Below are positions 52,636-64,000 of a stretch of 64,000 bases of DNA, in pieces (positions within the stretch are counted from its first letter, which is position 1; every line of letters starts with the position of its first letter). This DNA comes from Proteromonas lacertae (Eukaryota): the NCBI GenBank assembly GCA_002245135.1, contig NGBS01000593.1, forward strand, positions 62,001 through 126,000. Direction: 5' to 3'. The notes under the pieces are model-generated. The model did no database searches. It worked only from the letters and a program-made list of their open reading frames with translations, and was not told where the DNA came from. A program made the position numbers and the translations under genes.

Positions 52636-54514
52636 GCTGCTTGTTGTTGTTGTTTATTACTGTTTATTATATGTAATGGATGATAATAGTACGACTGAAG
52701 ATCTGTTAATTCTATTGAATGGATATTAGAAAAATAAATTGTATTATTATAGTTTAACTGTAAATATTCTTTTATTGGATTAACTGCTGTCAATTTACCA
52801 TTCATTGATTTACCTGTAAGTAATGAAACGACTATATTTCTATTTAAATAAAAGTTATATATTTCATATGGAGATAATGGATGTTGATTTAAATTGATGA
52901 TACTATTGCTATTATTATTATTTAATATTTCTACAATTGAACAAATTGTCAATTCATTTTCTATATATTTATTTAATTCACTATTTAAATAAATACATAT
53001 ATAAATAAATAATATACTTAAAATATAATAATCCTAAATGTAAATTTTCATATTTTGTATTTGCATAATAATTAAGGGGATGAAAATGCTTACAAGATGG
53101 ATATTTTGAATTATAAGAACGAATTAAATAGCTTGATTTATCAGATATAATTAAATATACACTATATATAAATAAACTATAATAAATATACATTTCATTT
53201 TCATTTAGTTTTATTATACTATAATCTCTTACTTTTATAGTTAATTTACCTATCAAAATTTTCATTATAAAAATAGATTTCACTGTCTTTATAGATTTCA
53301 AGTGAATATGGATTAATATCGAGTGTATAAAGAGGAACAGTAAGTGTGATATATTCTTCTTGTTGTTGTTGTTCATTTGATTTACTTTCTTTATTATTAT
53401 TACTATTTTGTATAGGTTTATTTTCTAATAATATTATCTGTATATTACTAGTTGCTTCACTAATAAAAATATATACACAAAATACAATAATACAGTGTAT
53501 TTGAGAGTATTTTCTTAATAATTGCAGTTTTGATGGTTGTTAGTTTGTCTTCAATGATTTTATAATCCACCACTTGATTTACATATATATTATCTTCTAT
53601 TCTTTTATTATAATATAATAAGGAAGGTTCTGGATAGGTTTTTATATTCTTTATTGAGTTTATTAAAACTGAATATTCATTTTTATTCAAATCAACATTT
53701 TTAATGTCTAAGATAATTCCTGAATGTACTGGTTCCATTGAAGTGATTATTACTTCATCATTTATTTTTAATACATCTATAAATATGTTATGATATATAT
53801 AAATAATATAATTATACTTTTCTTTAACTTTCTTTCATAATCTTTCAATTTCTTATTAAAAAGCTTTATATTTATTCGATTCTTATAATCTTTATTTAGT
53901 AATGAGTAAGCAAGACAGTTTAGAGGAGTAGAAAGGTTAAAATGTGGGAATTTGTAGGAATTTGATATATAACAGAGGATATCGGAAGGGTATTGAAAAG
54001 GAAGGGTTTGAAATAATAATTGATAAAGGATTATTCCAATGCTCCAAATATCAAAACTTGGATTTATGTTGTGGTCTATGATATATTCTGGAGAAAAATT
54101 GATGGCTGACAAAGAAGTGCTATTTATTAGTGGTAAAGGAAGTAAAATGGATAATGAGGAGGTGATGTGAATTGTGTCGATTGAGAGGTTGCCAAACACT
54201 ATATCTAGAGAATGCACAGTTTCAACACATTTAGATATTTCTAACATCCATTTTATTATTATCTAATAATAGAACTACAATAAATACAGTCTGATCAAGT
54301 TTCACTTTGCTATTTTTCTTTGAATCATCTAATATATCATGTAGGGTTGGATATTTTACACCATAATCTGTAGAATAGTAGAAATTATCTATTATCATAA
54401 ATATAATTTCAATACTAGGACATCTTTGGCTTAAGTACATCTATAAGATAAATAAATTGATTTCAATTATACCAAGATAGATAAATGTTTGTTTGCCTCA
54501 TCCTCTTTTTCCAT
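50919..54514 (-). CDS. Probable single multi-exon gene: N-terminal pseudokinase plus a long acidic low-complexity C-terminus
   Basis: VHSLDIVFGNLSIDTI..FSPE..FDIWSIGIILYQL; Asp/Glu/Ser-rich 677-aa terminal exon. Exon linkage was not fully verified and this could be two genes. Confidence 0.55.
52525..52652. repeat. (TTA)n and (TTG)n microsatellites encoding poly-Asn and poly-Thr/Gln on the minus strand
   Basis: Directly visible in the sequence. Confidence 0.9.
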
Positions 54515-54688
54515 AAGTTACACTGTAAGGTTTAAAACCACAAAAATGAAAAAGAAGTGAGTTTGACCTAAAAAAGTGACTTTTTGACCGAACATTTCTC
54601 AAACGCTTTTCAACCTTTTTTACACTAATTATTCAAATAAACACAATTATAATCAAAATTATATATAATAAACATTATTATTATTTTA

Positions 54689-57600
54689 CTAACTCTTAGT
54701 TTCCTCCATTTTTGACTCAGACATTATTGATATTCTTGTTGGTTTTGCTCCATCATCTCTTTTAGAATCATATAATGATGATCTAGTTTCTGAAGGTCTA
54801 TTGTTATCATTATCACCTCTTTTACTTTCAGCTCATATCTCTTCTTGAAAAATCAACAGTTTCAACAAACTTGTTTCTTTCAATTCCTTTGTTAAATATA
54901 AACTCTAACTCAGCTAAACTGAAATTGCCATCTCCATCAAAGTCAATATAATCAATAAAACTATCAAAATCTTCAGGACTAATTCTACTACCTCTCATTA
55001 CCAATATATCAAATATTAAATTCTTCTTTATACACATATTATCATCACATTTACTTTCAAACATATCTGTTATTTCATCAACTTTTGTTATCTTTAATTC
55101 ATTAATTATTATATTACTAATATCGACTAATGCTTTACCACCATCTATATAATGTATAATTTCATTTTTTAATTCAGAATAACTGATTTTACCTGAATTA
55201 TCTGAATCTAAAACTCTAAATAAAGATTTCACATCTTTCTTATCTAAAGGAATTCCTAATTCTTCAAATAATGTTTCAAGTTCATTTTCTTCAATTGTAC
55301 CACTTTTATCTTTATCTATCTTATCAAATATTGATGTAATAGCTGTAATATCACTCTTCTTTGGATTTACTACAACACTCAAAGCAACTAATTGTAATCT
55401 TCTTGTTACATCATAACCACTGGAATTCTTGATGAATGAATCGAATTTCTTGAATGTAATTGGCTTTTCTTTATCATATATATTGATTACATCATATAAA
55501 TTATTCAACTATTTAAATATAAATAAAAGTAAATAAAATATACAGATTTTTCATTTGGCATATTAATTCCCCATTTTCTCAAACCATCATCCAAATCTCT
55601 TTTATTGAATGTTTTTTCATCATGTGAGAAGTATTCAAATACTTTATCATTTCCACCTAATTCTTTTGACTTCTGTTCACATATATATCTGAAATGATCA
55701 ACGAATTTATTCCATTTTGGACCTATTACACTTAATAGTTCAACAAATGAAACCTATCAATAATATTAAATAAAAAGAATATATATATATACAGAACCAC
55801 TTGAATCTTTATCAATTACTTCAAATACAATTCTACACTCATCTTCAGTGAAATCCATTCCCAATTTCCTCAATCCATTGTAGAATTCTTTTATCTCAAT
55901 ATTTCCACTTTTATCTCTGTCTAAATACTCAAATATCTCTCTATAATCATGATCTATAGCTTTTCTACCTACTACCACTCTTAATTGCTTTAATAATTCA
56001 TTACTACTACGAATCTTTGGAATATTTGCTGTAGTTGAATTTCTATTTGAAGTTGGTTTATCTTCTAACAATTCTGGGAAGAAATATTTGATAAATTCTG
56101 AGTAGGTTATAACTTGATTATTGTCAATATCTATTTCACACATTATTGAGATAATATCATCGTTTGAAAGGTCTTTACTTTCAGGGAAATATTCTCGAAT
56201 CATTCTCAAGAATTGCTATAATACAATTATAAACTTATGGAAATATATACTTTTCTTGTGATTATCTCTTTACCATTACTAAATTGATTGAATATTTGAC
56301 GAATATCACCGTTATTCTTCTTCAATGCATTGTCAAAGGTAAAATGAATAAGGTTCTTTAATTCATTAATATTTGATTGAACTGATGGTTTTATCCAATC
56401 AATAAAGTCCATATACATGATGAAATTATGACTTTCAAACTGTTTAAAGATTTCTTTAACTTCAGCATCTATTCAATTATAAATAATAATAATAATAAAT
56501 ATACTTGATAAAGCAAAACCACATAATTGTAAAGCACTTTGAAAACTGTAAATATCCATTTTCTTGTTCTGATAAATATCACATTTCTTAAAACATTTCA
56601 ATATTATATCTTCCTTCAGTATTCTATACCTTTTATTGCAATATAACTTCAATTCATTTATGTCAATTGCACCATTTCCTGAATCATTGAAATATGAATC
56701 TGATCCTCCTTTTATCTTTGGTTCATAAATGGATCTGAAGATTTTCAATCTATTTTCAATAATAACAAACATATAAATACGATATTTCTTTCTCTTTATC
56801 ACAATTACATAATATCAACAACGTTTTAATCTCAATATCTGATAAGTGGATAAACCCCAACATATCTTTCATATTCACAGTCAAGCCAAACCTTACATCT
56901 AATTCATCAAACATATTCTTATCATGATGACTATTATAACTATCAATTTGTACAATTATCTTATAGTAGAAATCTCTTATTGATTTATCCAAGTATTCTG
57001 TAAATCTATTGGTTGAAATTGCATAGCCTTCATCGAAACTATCATACACTATTCTCAATGTTCTATTGTCTAATTCAATCTTTAAGTCTGACATTGCTTT
57101 CATGAATTCATCAAAGTCTAAATATCCATTTCTATCTATATCGATATTGTTGAATAATTTCTTGAAGTTAAATACACCATATTCTTTCTAATAATAATAA
57201 TAATATGACTATACAATAATTGCATTTCTGATTATATCAAGTGGATTTTCATCTTCACTATTTGAATAGATATATATATATTTATACATGGAATTTAACA
57301 ATTGAGTAAAGTATTTATAACTAACCATATTTTGATTATTCTTATCTCTAAATACACTACAAATTTCATCCAATTATATTAATTAAGGAAAGCATATAAA
57401 CAAAATATAAAAAGTATATAAAAAGATATTAGTTTAGAATCAATCTGTAACATATTATTCATTACATCTTTGAAATCCAACATTGAAATAACTCCTTTTC
57501 CATCTCTATCTCTTCTATTAAACTCCTTAATCAAATCACCAACTGTTTTATCAGCTCTATATAAACAATTCTTTGTAATTTCCTTCAAATCATTCATTGA

Positions 57601-60600
57601 ATAAATATCACTATATTGTGGTATATAACTGGTAAGATAATCATTATTTCCATTAGTATTGGTGTTTACTGGTACAATATATGGATCTTGAAGTAATTCA
57701 GAACCTCCATCTGGCATCATTGTTTCATATTCTACATTTAAGTAATTATCATTATCATTATTATTTAATTTAGTACTTTTTCTATTTGTAGGAAGGATTG
57801 TGGGTAATGGAGCATCAATTGTAATAAATCCCAATGTATTTAAACATTTCTAATATAAGTAGAATATAATAATATATACAGTAAATTCTGATTGACTTAA
57901 TGTTGATTGTTTTTGATTTTGGCATTCTGCTATAAACACTCGATTTAATCTTTCTACTCCTTCTTCATCACTAAAATGACATAGTTGATTTCTCACTTTC
58001 TCTTCAATCATTATATATTCTCTATCTAATGGTTTAGCGAATAACATTAATTCATAATTACTGATTATTCCATCTCCAACACTATCACATATTTTGAATA
58101 TTGAACTGATATCTTCATCGTTGAAATTTATATCATTCTTGGTGAAGATTGAACAGATTTTACTTCTATCCAACTAATTCAATATATAACAATAAAATAT
58201 ACTCTATCAGGTATCTTTTTAAATATTCTATCAACATCCGTTCCATCTTTTTCTAATCGACAAAATTCCATTCGTATTTTTCTCTCTGAATTTCGATCAT
58301 TTTGATTGATATGCATATGATTTAAGAATCGAACATAATCTATTTCATCTTTCTTATAATCATCTCTAAATCGATTCATTAAGTAACTTATTTGTTCTTT
58401 TGTTAGAGTTAATCCACTTTCAGCAATACCAGGAATGTAGAATGGTTCTTTCCATTCCATTTTTATTAAGATATTACCTGTTGTTGAATTACCATCATGG
58501 ATCTATTCATTATATAATTATATTATTTTTATACAGGACAGACTTTTGAGGCTATTGCATTTCCTCTACATATTTCTTTCAATAATATTTTACAAGTTCC
58601 AATATAACCATCATTCTCAGAATTTATATATTTATCCTAATCAATAATATAATTTAATAATTTCTATATATAATATATATACATTTCCATCAATAACATC
58701 AACACTGATATAATCTTTCATCATATTATCTATCTCATCTATTGTCATTTTCACTGGAATTCTTACAACAAAGTTATATATTGGATCATATGTATTGTAT
58801 TGTATACTTGAACTACTCTCAACTTCAGCATATGGGAATCTTACCAACAAATATGGGTTTGGCTTGGTTGGAAGCTTGTTGATTTTTGCGGAGATTACTG
58901 TCAAGATGAGAGTATTATGTTCTTGAATTGTGAAACTACCATCTGAATTACCCATCTATATAAATTAATAATAATAATATTATTATATGAATACTTTGCT
59001 ATTATCTTCAATATAATACAACCATCTTGAATTCAATGGATATTTCAAATTTCTTCTAACTGTCAAATGACCAATACATTGATTATCATTATTATCTCTA
59101 ATTTCTAAGTCTTTTAAACTACTGGTATTGGATAAAAATAATTTCTTCACTGATATTTCCACTATTCCTATTAATACTGGTTCATGATGAATTCTATAGA
59201 TTTCTATTGTAAATCGATCTTCTAATAAATTCTCTAAAATATCATCAACTATATTGTAAGACAAGATCTGCTCACATTGTGGCATCAAGCCAGTCAAGCC
59301 ATCCACTTTTACTGGTTCAAACTGTCCAAATAGACAAATAAAGAAGGTATGATCAGCAAAGGAGAAGTATTCACTCATATAATTGATGTTATTTATTGTA
59401 ATATCCAAAGTGTTGTAAGTCAAATCATCTTCATTTCCAGTTGCTTTATTTCGAGTTAATGTCAAATCATTTTCTTCGTATTTATTATAATTATATTTCT
59501 CAGAAACATTCTTCAGTTTATTCTGTAACATTTTATTCCTCTTCACTTCATTTTCATATTTCTTAATCAATAGATTGTAATTTGCTTGTAAACTCTCATT
59601 CTGGGCTTTGATATTCAATTGATCATTATGAATCAAATTATTTGCTTTTTCATGAGCAGCTAAGAGTTGTTGCAGTCTAATTACATCATTTTCTGATGTT
59701 TGTAATTGACCTTTTAATGTCATATACTTGTCTTGAATATAAGCACTATGAAATAATAATAATAATAATAATATACAGATTTGGAGGTCTTTCCAGTCCA
59801 ATCAATATCATCACCAATTTGACCAGCTTCTTGCATTTCTTTTCTTCTTAAAACATAAGTAATTGCTTCTTGAATATCTTCATCAGATGCTTCACCATTC
59901 ATTAATCTTCTAATCTTTTCCTAATACAAATATAATATATATATATATACTTCAATTACATTGGTTTTATTATTTGATTCAGCTTCAACTATTCTTTGTT
60001 GTAATACTCTATTCACTTCTTGGAACTTTGCATTTTGTGCATTTAACTCAGTACATTCATCTCTTAATTGTAATAATTCAACTTCTTTATTCTTCAATTG
60101 ACTTACCAAATGTTGGATTTTTTCTTTATCCTTTTTATTCGATCTTCCTGAATTACTATCATCAAAATCACTGTGAAGAATTGGTTGTTCTACTGGTTTA
60201 AACTGTTGACTAATTGCTTCAACTATTTAATAATAATAATAATCAATAAATATACGTGATTGTAACTGTTTAGTTGTATTTTCAGCATGTTTTGAATCAT
60301 TACCTGATGAATTTCTTTTTAACATTTCTATTCTATCTCTTAAATCATTATTAATCTCTTTTTCTCGATCTATTTCACTTTCTAAATTGATTAATTTGTT
60401 ATCTTTTTCACGAATTCTAATAATATAAATAATATATATATATACTCTGATAATAATTTGTTATAATTATTCTTCCAATCAGGTTGACTTTTCAATTGCT
60501 CATTCTCTATTAATAACTGTTGATATCTGAATTTAATATCCTGATAATCTCTCTTTAACCCAATTTCATCTTCTTCCATTCCATTCATCTCTTTTAGTGC

Positions 60601-61247
60601 TAAATTTTCTTCTCTTAATTCAACTAATTGCTTTTCCATTCGTAGTAGTCTAAGTTTTAATTCTTCGATTAGTCTTTGCATTGATGCTCCATCTTTTCCT
60701 GCTTTGGCCATTGCCATTCGGATTGATTCATTGAGACGAGCTTCACTGGTTGAGCTTGTTACTAAATGACGGTTTGAAACGGATTTTCTCTTCTTTTCTT
60801 CAGCTAATTCTCTCTTCACATTTTCATATCTTTGTTTCCATATTATTGTTTGATTTTCTGAAGACTATATACATTATAAGATGAATAGATACAGCTGCTC
60901 TTCTTAGCGGAGGACCATTTGACACTTCATCAAATAATCGTTTGAAATTATTACATTTTATTTTAAAATCTTCCACAGTTTTAGCATAAGTTGAATTTTC
61001 AAATCTTAAATCTCGAGAATCAAATGCTGAAAAATCTTTAGTTGTGTAGCATTTTTTGAATAACTCATACAATGTATTATACAATTTTTCTACTTTTGAA
61101 TAAAAGTCTTCAGTATCTCGAATAAACCTATTTGACAAATAATGTGTAACATAAATACACTAAAGTCAATTCGTGATGATTTCTACATGTACAGTGTGGC
61201 ACAGTATCAGCTGGTTTTGTTTTACTAACTGCTCTACCTTTATTCAT
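54689..61247 (-). CDS. RPGRIP1/RPGRIP1L-like coiled-coil + tandem C2 protein with a long EF-hand array, multi-exon
   Basis: Coiled coil; C2-like TFFICLFGQFE..ILSYNI..FTIEIY and PNPYLLVRFPY..YDPIYNF..SVDVID; many EF loops (DRDKSGNIE, DKDSSGSV, DKDKSGTIE, DSDNSGKIS, DFDGDGNFS). The 3' end is 54828, or 54689 if a frameshift is corrected. Confidence 0.65.
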
Positions 61248-61350
61248 TTCATAAATTTAAAAATATAAAAAGCTTGATTTGAATATGTTTGAAACATTTA
61301 GTCGTTTCATAATAAACAAAAATTACATATATGTCAATTTAAATAAATTA

Positions 61351-64000
61351 TTATATTGTATATGTACGTTTATATTGATTATTATCTTCACTTCTAAGTA
61401 ATACTGTTAAATTCCCTTTTTCATTTAATTCAAATGTCACTTCAACATAACCATTTTTACTTTTAGTTAATTCAATTGAATCTATCATATGCCTTTTTTT
61501 ATGATAATATTCATCACTTTCATATATTTGTATTTGTCTAAAACTGTCTTTACAATAGATTCTTTTTGTTATTTTACATGGATATGATGAAAATCTCTTT
61601 ATCATTTCTTCATTAACAAAATTCATCCCATCTTCTGAAGATGATTTAAATTTATTATGTATTTTATATCTTGAAAAATCATCAGTATATAATGATCTAG
61701 CATATATTCCACAACCTATTGCTACTGCTTCATCAGGGTTTATACTTCTGCAAATTATTCCATTTCCTTTAAATAACTGCTTTATATATCCTTCAATCGC
61801 TGGTATTCTACTTGATCCACCAACTAGAATTATGTAATCTATATCATCAGGTTTTAAATTACATTTATTTAATGTTGAATTTAACATATCTATTGTTCTT
61901 TGAAATATATCTTTACATATTTCATTTAGTTTTGATCGGCAAAATTTTATATCATATTCAATATCTTCAAGTGATAAATCAAAATTACAATCATTCATTT
62001 GGGATAAAATTACTTTTGTTTTTTCACATGCAGCATGAATTCTCATTTTATATCTGTCATTCTTTTCTATATTAATATTGTATATTTTTTTAATATATTC
62101 TTCGATTTTTCTTGTTATATCTTCACCTCCTAAATGATTATCACCATTTGTTTCTAATATTTCGATATTATTATCATTCAAATTAATAATTGTCACATTA
62201 AATGTACCTCCTCCAAAATCATATACCATTATTTTACATACTTTCCTATTTATTATATCACTTGCTTCAAGATAAGCTAAAACAGCAGCTACAGGTTCTT
62301 CTATCAATTGAACATTCACTAAACCAGCTTGTTTTGCTGCTTCAATTATTGATAGTCTTTGCTTGTTTGTAAAAAAAGCAGGAACTCCAACTGCAACTAA
62401 TATATCTTTTACATCAATCTCTTTTGGTATTGCAAACATACTTTCAACTGTATAATTGTGAATATATCTTATAATTTTTGATTCAACATCAATTGGAAGT
62501 ACACTGATTATTCTATCTTTTACACTGATATTATAAACTGGAATATTTTCCTTTTTAACTAATTTAAATGGATATAATTTCATTTCATCCTCATCTATAT
62601 CATCATAATCTATTCCGATAAATCTTTTAGAATCATAAACAAATGAAACATCTTTTTTCATTTTCATATTATAGGCAGCATCACCAACAACAACCGAATA
62701 ATCATCTTTATAAGCAACACAAGAGGGAAATGAGTTAGATTGAGATGAATTAGTATTAACCATGTTAATTTTACCTAATCTAATGAAAGAAGCATGTGAA
62801 AAAGTAGTTCCTAAATCAATTCCATATGAATATAAAGGAAGATCTTTTATTGTTAGTTCAAAACTCAACGATCTTGGTAATGAGTATTTGATTATATATT
62901 TCTTCAAATTATTGGCATAATGAGCACATCCTTTTGCTACTACTTCATCAGGATTGATAGAATAAAGAACTTTACCATAATGTGATAAAGTACTTTTTAT
63001 TTTCGGTATTAAGCAAGATCTACCCACAAGAATAGAACAATCTATATTTGTAAGAGTAATTGCTAAACCATCAAGTAAATCATTAATTATATCTATTGTT
63101 TTGTTGATATATCCACTTATTTTTTCTTCAAACAATGAACGAGATATACTTACCTCCAAATCATCATCTTCAACATATATGCTTGTTTCTTCATACATAG
63201 TTAAACATTTTTTAGCATTCTCGCACGCCATGGTTATCCTTTTCATCTTCTTTTCATTATTTCGATGGTTTGAATCATATTCTTCTCTTCCCACTTCTTT
63301 AAGATAATAATCTATTAATATTTTGGTGAAATAATCTCCGCCAACACCATTATCCTGACTTTCGTTTATAATTCTAAATTCATTGTTACTACATATAACT
63401 ATTGATGCTTTAAAATAATTACTTCTTAATTCATACACCAAAATGTAATTTTTCTTTAACTGTATTGCTTTCTCACCAACATAAGCTAAAACAGCTGCTA
63501 CAGGTTCTGGTATGAGATATATATTTTTTAATCCTGCTTGTTCTGCTGCTGTAATAGTTGCATACCTTTGCTTACTAGTAAATGATGATGGAACTCCAAT
63601 TGCTAAATTATAATTATCTTTTGATAATTTTTTATATGATAAATATTGAACTGCTTGTAAATCTATATATTCAATAATTTTAGATGTTACATTAATTGGT
63701 GATACATATATAGTATTATTATTGTGAACTAATTCATATTTAATACTATTCTTTGCATTTACTAATTTATATTTTTTCTTATTTTTATCTACTTCATACC
63801 ATTTCTTTCCAATATACTTCTTCGAATCATAGAGTAAAGAATATTTCGTAACACCTTTAGTATTTTTAGCAATCTCTCCAACACATAAAATTTTACTGCT
63901 TTTGTTATAATATACATATGATGGTATTGATGGCTTTCCATTTAACTCAACAGTCTTAATACCATTATTAAATGTTTCAATTGCGATACAAGATGAATTT
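61351..64000 (-). CDS. Atypical Hsp70-family protein with at least two tandem nucleotide-binding domains (5' end outside the window)
   Basis: Frame is open from the window edge: NSSCIA..SIPSYV..DSKKYIG..IGVPSSFT..EPVAA..NPDEVVAKG, then GIDLGTTFS..DSKRFIG..VGVPAFF..EPVAA..DFGGGTF..VGGSSRIP..NPDEAVAIG. Confidence 0.88.
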   Translation of the reverse strand, partial: NSSCIAIETFNNGIKTVELNGKPSIPSYVYYNKSSKILCVGEIAKNTKGVTKYSLLYDSKKYIGKKWYEVDKNKKKYKLVNAKNSIKYELVHNNNTIYVSPINVTSKIIEYIDLQAVQYLSYKKLSKDNYNLAIGVPSSFTSKQRYATITAAEQAGLKNIYLIPEPVAAVLAYVGEKAIQLKKNYILVYELRSNYFKASIVICSNNEFRIINESQDNGVGGDYFTKILIDYYLKEVGREEYDSNHRNNEKKMKRITMACENAKKCLTMYEETSIYVEDDDLEVSISRSLFEEKISGYINKTIDIINDLLDGLAITLTNIDCSILVGRSCLIPKIKSTLSHYGKVLYSINPDEVVAKGCAHYANNLKKYIIKYSLPRSLSFELTIKDLPLYSYGIDLGTTFSHASFIRLGKINMVNTNSSQSNSFPSCVAYKDDYSVVVGDAAYNMKMKKDVSFVYDSKRFIGIDYDDIDEDEMKLYPFKLVKKENIPVYNISVKDRIISVLPIDVESKIIRYIHNYTVESMFAIPKEIDVKDILVAVGVPAFFTNKQRLSIIEAAKQAGLVNVQLIEEPVAAVLAYLEASDIINRKVCKIMVYDFGGGTFNVTIINLNDNNIEILETNGDNHLGGEDITRKIEEYIKKIYNINIEKNDRYKMRIHAACEKTKVILSQMNDCNFDLSLEDIEYDIKFCRSKLNEICKDIFQRTIDMLNSTLNKCNLKPDDIDYIILVGGSSRIPAIEGYIKQLFKGNGIICRSINPDEAVAIGCGIYARSLYTDDFSRYKIHNKFKSSSEDGMNFVNEEMIKRFSSYPCKITKRIYCKDSFRQIQIYESDEYYHKKRHMIDSIELTKSKNGYVEVTFELNEKGNLTVLLRSEDNNQYKRTYTI

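Noticed and set aside
1..64000. Prokaryotic operons, CRISPR arrays or phage
   Set aside because: Spliceosomal introns and eukaryotic genes throughout; no regularly spaced repeat-spacer array seen.
1..64000. Stop codons created by polyadenylation (Blastocystis TGTTTGTT mechanism)
   Set aside because: TGTTTGTT occurs downstream of some genes (about 31718, 38439), but the genes I reconstructed already have genomic stop codons.
1..64000. Alternative genetic code (stop-codon reassignment)
   Set aside because: In-frame stops fall inside GT-AG introns, long exons are stop-free, and TAA, TAG and TGA all end genes.

Overview
Very AT-rich, gene-dense eukaryotic DNA with many tiny (about 24-50 nt) GT-AG introns, a standard genetic code and intergenic gaps often under 200 bp. 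This architecture suggests a compact protist such as a Blastocystis-like stramenopile (inference only). Many supplied ORFs are exons of larger spliced genes, about 25 of which can be reconstructed. Conserved genes include Sgf11-like, cactin, atlastin, PP4R4-like, a TDY MAPK, TMEM198-like, SNRNP25 and an RPGRIP1L-like C2/EF-hand protein. The more unusual content: (1) two adjacent CaaX-terminated genes built from 7 copies of a divergent OGFr-like domain, one fused to a NEK-like kinase; (2) a solitary 5S rRNA gene about 19 nt short; (3) an intronless ORF with at least two tandem Hsp70 ATPase domains; (4) a Crinkler/RHS-type double P-loop gene; (5) a pseudokinase family; (6) a GH38 mannosidase with altered catalytic motifs; (7) a recently duplicated FkbM/pseudokinase mosaic. 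Several single-base frameshifts may be assembly errors. All family assignments are by-eye motif recognition; no database searches were run.
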